Source: Candidatus Nocardiopsis merdipullorum
GTDB lineage: Bacteria > Actinomycetota > Actinomycetes > Streptosporangiales > Streptosporangiaceae
DNA length: 34,202 bases
Reading direction: 5' to 3'
Assembly: GCA_019115445.1 (NCBI GenBank)
Contig: DXDP01000365.1
Span: 1 to 34,202 of the forward strand
Shown here: in pieces, positions 28,067 through 34,202 of the stretch
Layout: each line of letters begins with the position of its first letter
Position numbering within the stretch: position 1 is the first letter of the stretch
The notes under the pieces: model-generated
Told to the model about the DNA's origin: nothing
The model's input: only the letters and a program-made list of their open reading frames with translations
Database searches by the model: none
Program-made: the position numbers and the translations under genes

Positions 28067-30627
28067 TCGGGGTCGCCTGGCGCATCCTGTGGCGACAACC
28101 GGGAACGCTCGTCGGGGCCTTGGTCATGACCGTCCTCGGCGCCGCGCTGTTGAGCGCGTTCATGGTCCTGCACGACTCGATCGCCAAGACCCGGGCCCCG
28201 GTGGAACGTTACGCAGATGCCGATGTGGTGGTGGCCGGTGAGGACGGTGTACTCACCACGGAACAGATCAGCTCCATGGAGGAGCTACCAGGGGTCGCCA
28301 GGGCGATCCCGGAGCTGTCCTTCCCGGCCTCTCCCCTGGATGGAGGGGGAGAACCGGTCCTCGACCAGGAAGAGAGGCCCCAGTTCGGCCACTCCTGGAC
28401 CAGTGCCCAGCTCACCCCGATGCGGATACAGGAGGGTGTGGAACCTCGGGCCGTGGACGAGGTCGTCCTCGACCACGCGCTCGCCGAAGCATCCGGTGCG
28501 GGGATCGGTGACAAGATCGATGTCGATGTCGCGGGTACCGCACGTACCTACGAACTCGTCGGCCTTGCGACCGACAACAACGACGGAGACCTGAACCACC
28601 AGCACACGCTGTACTTCTTCCCCGAGGAGGCGACGCTCCTGGCCGATCGTGGGGAGGATCGCGTCGATGCCGCCGGTCTGATCCTCCAACCCGGCACGGA
28701 CGCGGCCGAGATCGTGGAACGTGTCCACGATCTTGTGTCGGAGGGGTTGGCGGGGGACGCGCCCGTACCGCCGGGTGCCGAGTCCTTCCTCGTGGCCTCG
28801 GCCGGTGATCGAGGCGAGCTGGAGGGCACCTGGCCCGACCACAGCGCCACCGCAGCGGCTCTTTCGCTGCTCGTGTGGATCGTGGCGTTCATGGCCGTCG
28901 TCGTGATCGGTGGTGCACTGATCACCTCCGTCCGGCGCAGGACCGCGCAGTTCGCCTTGCTGCGTGCGGTGGGTGCCACACCCCGACAGATACGTGTGCT
29001 CTGCCAGGGCGAGGCCCTGCTGATCTCGCTCGTGGCGGCGGTCGTGGGCTGTGCGTTCGGTCTCTTCCTGGCCTGGGGCATGGTCGGACTGTTCCGTGAG
29101 TTCGGCCTCGTGAGCCCCGTACTGGCGTTGAACATCGGGGTGAGGCCCCTGCTCACCTCTGCCGTCGTACTCGTGCTGGTCGCTCAGAGCGCCTCCTGGG
29201 CGGCTTCGCGGTCGGCGCTGCGGATCAGGCCGGGTGACGCCCTGAGCGGGTCGGGAGAACGCAGCAGACACCGCCTGCGGACATGGCTCCAAGTGTCGTT
29301 GGGGAGCCTTCTCCTCGTCGCGGCCGGCGGCCTGCAGGCTCTGGGGATGGCGGGGCTGGTCCCGGCCGTGCTGTACGCGAGTTACGGAATGGTCGCCGGC
29401 ATCATGATCATGGTCGGGATCGGGCTGCTCGGCTCGTGGATCATCCACGCCTTCTCCCGTGCGCTTCGTCACCCCGTGGCGGCGATTTCGCGTGTCGGGG
29501 GACATCTTGCGTCCGCGAACGTGCGGTTCCACCACCGCCGCTTCGCGGGTGTGGCCGCCCCATTGGCCGTGGGAGTGGCCATCGCCGGATGGGCGCTGAG
29601 TGGCCTGCCCCTGTTCGCCCTGAACAACGCCGACCAGACCCTGGAGCGCTTCGAGGCCGACCACGTGCTCCACACCCCCGTCGTACGGGACGAACACACG
29701 GGTCTTTCCGAGGCGACGAGGGACCGGGTGGCCGAGGTCGAGGGCGTCCTCGCGACGGCCGGGCTCAAGGAGACCTGGGCCCATGCGCGGGCGGCCGGCA
29801 GCAAGGAACCCGCTCGTGCGGGCGAGACGACACGCCTGACCCTCGTCGACGGTGAGGCGAGCAGAGTCTTGGACCTGGGTGAGGTAGGAGGGGACCTCTC
29901 CGGAGTGGACACGGGGGAGGGTGTCGCCGTCGGTGCCACTTACGCACAGGACCGAGGCCTGGAGCTGGGAGACGAGGTCGAGATGCGGATCTCCGGCGCC
30001 ACAGAGGTCTCCCGCCAACAGGTGGTGGCTGTTTACGAACGGGACGGGGGCGGTCAGGACGGCTTGGTCGCGCCGGTCTCCACGCTGAGCCCGGAGGTCC
30101 CCGGCGGCCGGTACGACTTCGTCCTGGTCTCCGGCGGGCCGGACGGGGGCTCGGGGAGTTCTGTCCTGAAAGGGGAGGCCACGATCTCCGGCGATGTCGG
30201 AGTCGAGGCCCCGGGCCGGTTTCACCGGACCTACGTCTCGGAGCGGGAAGCCGCGATCGACAACCTCGGCACCGTGGCCACCGCGCTCGTGGGTGTGTTC
30301 CTCGTCCTGGCGGCGGTCAACGCCCTGGCGGTGTCGGCGTCGGACCGCAGGTCCGAGTTGGTGTCGATGAGACGGCTCAACCTGACCACGGCACAGATCA
30401 ACGCCATGGTCGGTTGGGAGATGGTGCTGACGGTGACCCCTGCCTGGCTGCTCGGCATGGGGGCGACCGCGTGGATGGCCCTGGCCATGGCGGGTGGCGA
30501 CGTCGGCGCGGCTCTTTGGGCCTTCCCTGGGGTGGTGTTGCCGCTCGTGGGAGTTCTCGGCCTTGTGGTTGCAGTGCTGGGAGCACTGTTGGCAACGCGA
30601 AGCCTGATGAGTTCCCTGACTGTGTGA
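28063..30627 (+). CDS. FtsX-like ABC permease with two FtsX domains (854 aa)
   Basis: Motifs RRRTAQFALLRAVGATPRQI and DRRSELVSMRRLNLTTAQI, two extracytoplasmic domains, multiple TMs. ATGA overlap with the ATPase. Confidence 0.92.
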   Translation: MIGVAWRILWRQPGTLVGALVMTVLGAALLSAFMVLHDSIAKTRAPVERYADADVVVAGEDGVLTTEQISSMEELPGVARAIPELSFPASPLDGGGEPVLDQEERPQFGHSWTSAQLTPMRIQEGVEPRAVDEVVLDHALAEASGAGIGDKIDVDVAGTARTYELVGLATDNNDGDLNHQHTLYFFPEEATLLADRGEDRVDAAGLILQPGTDAAEIVERVHDLVSEGLAGDAPVPPGAESFLVASAGDRGELEGTWPDHSATAAALSLLVWIVAFMAVVVIGGALITSVRRRTAQFALLRAVGATPRQIRVLCQGEALLISLVAAVVGCAFGLFLAWGMVGLFREFGLVSPVLALNIGVRPLLTSAVVLVLVAQSASWAASRSALRIRPGDALSGSGERSRHRLRTWLQVSLGSLLLVAAGGLQALGMAGLVPAVLYASYGMVAGIMIMVGIGLLGSWIIHAFSRALRHPVAAISRVGGHLASANVRFHHRRFAGVAAPLAVGVAIAGWALSGLPLFALNNADQTLERFEADHVLHTPVVRDEHTGLSEATRDRVAEVEGVLATAGLKETWAHARAAGSKEPARAGETTRLTLVDGEASRVLDLGEVGGDLSGVDTGEGVAVGATYAQDRGLELGDEVEMRISGATEVSRQQVVAVYERDGGGQDGLVAPVSTLSPEVPGGRYDFVLVSGGPDGGSGSSVLKGEATISGDVGVEAPGRFHRTYVSEREAAIDNLGTVATALVGVFLVLAAVNALAVSASDRRSELVSMRRLNLTTAQINAMVGWEMVLTVTPAWLLGMGATAWMALAMAGGDVGAALWAFPGVVLPLVGVLGLVVAVLGALLATRSLMSSLTV

Positions 30628-30757
30628 GGTCGCACATACGGTGCTTCGCCCGTGAGCCCCGATGGTGGGGCTCACGAGTGAAGTGGGAGCGCCGGAGTCT
30701 ATCCTGGGAGCGTTCACGACGACACGACCACCTCGGTCAGGATCAGGGAACCGCACG

Positions 30758-31771
<1,014 letters not shown>

Positions 31772-31877
31772 ACCCGCCCCACACATTGCCCGGTCCCGCA
31801 GAACGCAGGAGAACCCGCGAAGAACAGGCTCTAGACTTGTGGAAACATTCCTTTGTTCCTGCGGAAGGTCCTCCGTC

Positions 31878-33458
31878 GTGTCCGTTGGTGCTGACACCAC
31901 GTTCGACACCGTCCTCGTCGTCGACCTCGGCGCGCAACACGCGCAGCTGATCGCCCGGCGAGTACGGGAAGCGCACGTGCACAGCCAGATCGTGCCCTCG
32001 ACCATGCCCGTCGGGGAGATGCTCGCCAAGAAACCCAAGGCCATCGTCCTGTCCGGAGGTCCTGGGTCGGTCCACGCCGAGGGGGCGCCCAACCTCGACG
32101 CGGAACTGCTCGAGACCGGGATCCCGACCCTGGGCCTCCACCATGGTTTCCAGGCGATGGCGCAAGCCCTGGGTGGGACCGTGAACGCAACCGGCTCGGA
32201 CGAGTCCGGCCGTACCGAACTCACGGTCGTCACCGACTCCGTACTGTTTGCGGGCATGCCCCCCGAGCAGCTCGTGTGGACGTCGTACGGTGACACCGTC
32301 ACGGCCGCACCACCGGGTTGTGTCACCACCGCGAGTACCACCGACGCCCCGGTAGCCGCGTTCGAGGACACCGACCGCCGTCTGTTCGGTGTCCAGCTCC
32401 ACCCCGAGGTGCTCCACACCGAGTACGGGCAGGAAGTGCTGCGTCGCTTCCTGTACGAAGGTGCCGGGTGTCGCCCCACCTGGACGATGGTCAACATCGT
32501 TCAGGAACAGGTCGAACGGATCCGTGAGCAGATCGGTGACAAACGCGCCATCTGTGCCCTGAGCGGGGGCGTGGACTCGGCAGTGGCCGGGGCTCTTGTG
32601 CAGCGTGCCGTCGGTGAACAGCTCACTTGCGTGTTCGTCGACCACGGCCTGTTGCGCAAGGGTGAGGCCGAACAGGTCGACAAGGACTTCGTTGCGGCCA
32701 CCGGCGCCAAACTCAAGGTGGTCGATGCGGAGGAGCAGTTCCTCGCCGCCCTTGCCGGGGTGAGCGATCCCGAGACCAAACGCAAGATCATCGGCCGTGA
32801 GTTCATCCGGACCTTCGAGCAGGCCGCCCGGGAGGTCGTCGCCGAGGGCGGCGAGGGGGACACCGAGGTCGAGTTCCTGGTGCAGGGCACCCTGTACCCG
32901 GACGTGGTCGAGTCCGGTGCCGGCCCCGGTGCGACCAACATCAAGTCCCACCACAACGTGGGCGGACTTCCCGAAGATCTCCGGTTCACCCTGGTGGAGC
33001 CGTTGCGGGAACTGTTCAAGGACGAGGTCCGCAAAGTCGGTGAAGAACTCGGTCTGCCGCCCGAGATGGTGTGGCGCCAGCCGTTCCCCGGCCCCGGTCT
33101 GGGGATCCGGATCATCGGTGACGTGACCCGTGAACGTCTGCAGATCCTGCGTGAGGCCGATGCCATCGCTCGGGAGGAACTCACCCGCGCCGGACTGGAT
33201 CGGGACATCTGGCAATGCCCGGTGGTGTTGCTGGCCGATGTGCGTTCGGTGGGGGTGCAGGGTGAGGGCCGTACCTATGGTCACCCGGTCGTGTTGCGTC
33301 CCGTCAGCAGTGAGGACGCCATGACCGCCGACTGGTCCCGGGTCCCCTACGACGTGCTCGCCCGCATCTCCGAGCGGATCACCGACGAGGTCCAAGAGGT
33401 CAACCGGGTCACTTTGGACGTGACCGGCAAACCCCCGGGCACCATCGAGTGGGAGTAG
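31878..33458 (+). CDS. guaA: GMP synthase with a degenerate glutamine amidotransferase domain (nucleophile Cys replaced by His)
   Basis: Synthetase motifs intact ([51 protein letters not shown]). GATase nucleophile elbow reads GLHHGFQ. GTG 31878 after GGAAGG; -10-like TAGACT at 31832-31837. Confidence 0.95.
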   Translation: MSVGADTTFDTVLVVDLGAQHAQLIARRVREAHVHSQIVPSTMPVGEMLAKKPKAIVLSGGPGSVHAEGAPNLDAELLETGIPTLGLHHGFQAMAQALGGTVNATGSDESGRTELTVVTDSVLFAGMPPEQLVWTSYGDTVTAAPPGCVTTASTTDAPVAAFEDTDRRLFGVQLHPEVLHTEYGQEVLRRFLYEGAGCRPTWTMVNIVQEQVERIREQIGDKRAICALSGGVDSAVAGALVQRAVGEQLTCVFVDHGLLRKGEAEQVDKDFVAATGAKLKVVDAEEQFLAALAGVSDPETKRKIIGREFIRTFEQAAREVVAEGGEGDTEVEFLVQGTLYPDVVESGAGPGATNIKSHHNVGGLPEDLRFTLVEPLRELFKDEVRKVGEELGLPPEMVWRQPFPGPGLGIRIIGDVTRERLQILREADAIAREELTRAGLDRDIWQCPVVLLADVRSVGVQGEGRTYGHPVVLRPVSSEDAMTADWSRVPYDVLARISERITDEVQEVNRVTLDVTGKPPGTIEWE

Positions 33459-33476
33459 TCCTCACCGCCGACGCAA

Positions 33477-33508
33477 CGGGTCCGACACATCACGGTGTGC
33501 CGGACCCG
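33477..33508. terminator. Hairpin between guaA and the convergent gene
   Basis: CGGGTCCG-A-CACAT-CACG-GTGTG-C-CGGACCCG. Confidence 0.7.
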
Positions 33509-33528
33509 ACGTCGTTCGACGGGGCGTT

Positions 33529-34202
33529 TCAGGTTTCGAGGTCGAACTCGTAGGTCGAGGAGTGTTCCAGGATCCCCGAGATCGGGACCTCGGTGAAGTC
33601 CTCGCCACGCTCGGAAGCCTCACCCGTTTCTTCGGGGGCTTTGTGGGTCAGCATCAGGATCTCCCGAGGATGGGTGTCGGGGATGATGAACACGAGCGGT
33701 CCCCGAGCGCTGTCGTCGGGGGCGATGCCGTCCCCGTTCCACAGGGAGGTCACGCCTTCCTCCTTCGAGGGTTCGGAAGCCTCCGACAACCTGGTTCGGT
33801 CACCCAACCACTGTTGGGGCGCATCGAGGTGCAACGGGTCGGTGCCGTGGTTGGTCACCTCGAGCTCCACCACGCAGTACTCACCGTTGGTCAACGTGGC
33901 CACCCTGGTGTCCAGTTCCCGCATCCCGCAGGTGACCTCGTGGACGTGGTATTCGACCAGCCCGTCGTTGGAGGAAAAACCCTGGTCGCCATCGCCCGGG
34001 AGCGGTGCCTCCACACCCGGGTCCTCCTGAGGTGCGGAGTCCTCACCCGGATCGTCCGCAGGTCTTTCGGAGGAGTCGACCATGTTTCGGGTCAGGAAGA
34101 ACACCAAGAACACCAGTGCGGCCAGAAGCGCGGCACCACCCACGATCAGGACCAGGATGAGCCCCCTACGGCGATTGGGCTGGGCCGGCCGGTGTGGGGG
34201 TG
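33529..34202 (-). CDS. Partial membrane-anchored protein with acidic extracellular DUF4352-like domain (5' end outside window)
   Basis: Frame is open to the window edge (PPHRPAQPNRRRGLILVLIVGG...). TM helix, then GEYCVVELEVTNHG...IAPDDSARGPLVFIIP. Confidence 0.75.
   Translation of the reverse strand, partial: PPHRPAQPNRRRGLILVLIVGGAALLAALVFLVFFLTRNMVDSSERPADDPGEDSAPQEDPGVEAPLPGDGDQGFSSNDGLVEYHVHEVTCGMRELDTRVATLTNGEYCVVELEVTNHGTDPLHLDAPQQWLGDRTRLSEASEPSKEEGVTSLWNGDGIAPDDSARGPLVFIIPDTHPREILMLTHKAPEETGEASERGEDFTEVPISGILEHSSTYEFDLET

Overview
High-GC actinobacterial chromosome segment; gene order and the acidic secreted proteins suggest a Nocardiopsis/Streptosporangiales-like organism (inference). 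The backbone is the conserved groES-groEL1 / SigD(ShbA)-like ECF sigma / guaB / guaB3 / glpD / guaA region. Accessory genes interrupt it: a DHA2 MFS exporter behind a highly structured leader, an MDR oxidoreductase, a 660-aa coiled-coil protein, a THUMP-like methyltransferase, a PL9 pectate lyase with a LacI-type operator, a lytic transglycosylase, an intact Hen1-Pnkp RNA repair pair, an orphan LanFEG-type ABC transporter with a NarL-type two-component system, a divergent LolD/FtsX ABC exporter and galE. The most striking observation is that the syntenic GMP synthase (guaA) has lost the catalytic cysteine of its glutaminase domain (GICYG to GLHHG, plus other degenerate motifs) while its synthetase domain is intact, so it may be ammonia-dependent or have a repurposed domain. 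Other candidates are a uORF-plus-hairpin attenuator-like leader at 101-290, an 18-bp pseudo-palindrome found three times, and a structured groES leader. No rRNA, tRNA, CRISPR array or transposase was recognised. Start codons were reassigned by eye from RBS position and family N-termini; no database searches were run.
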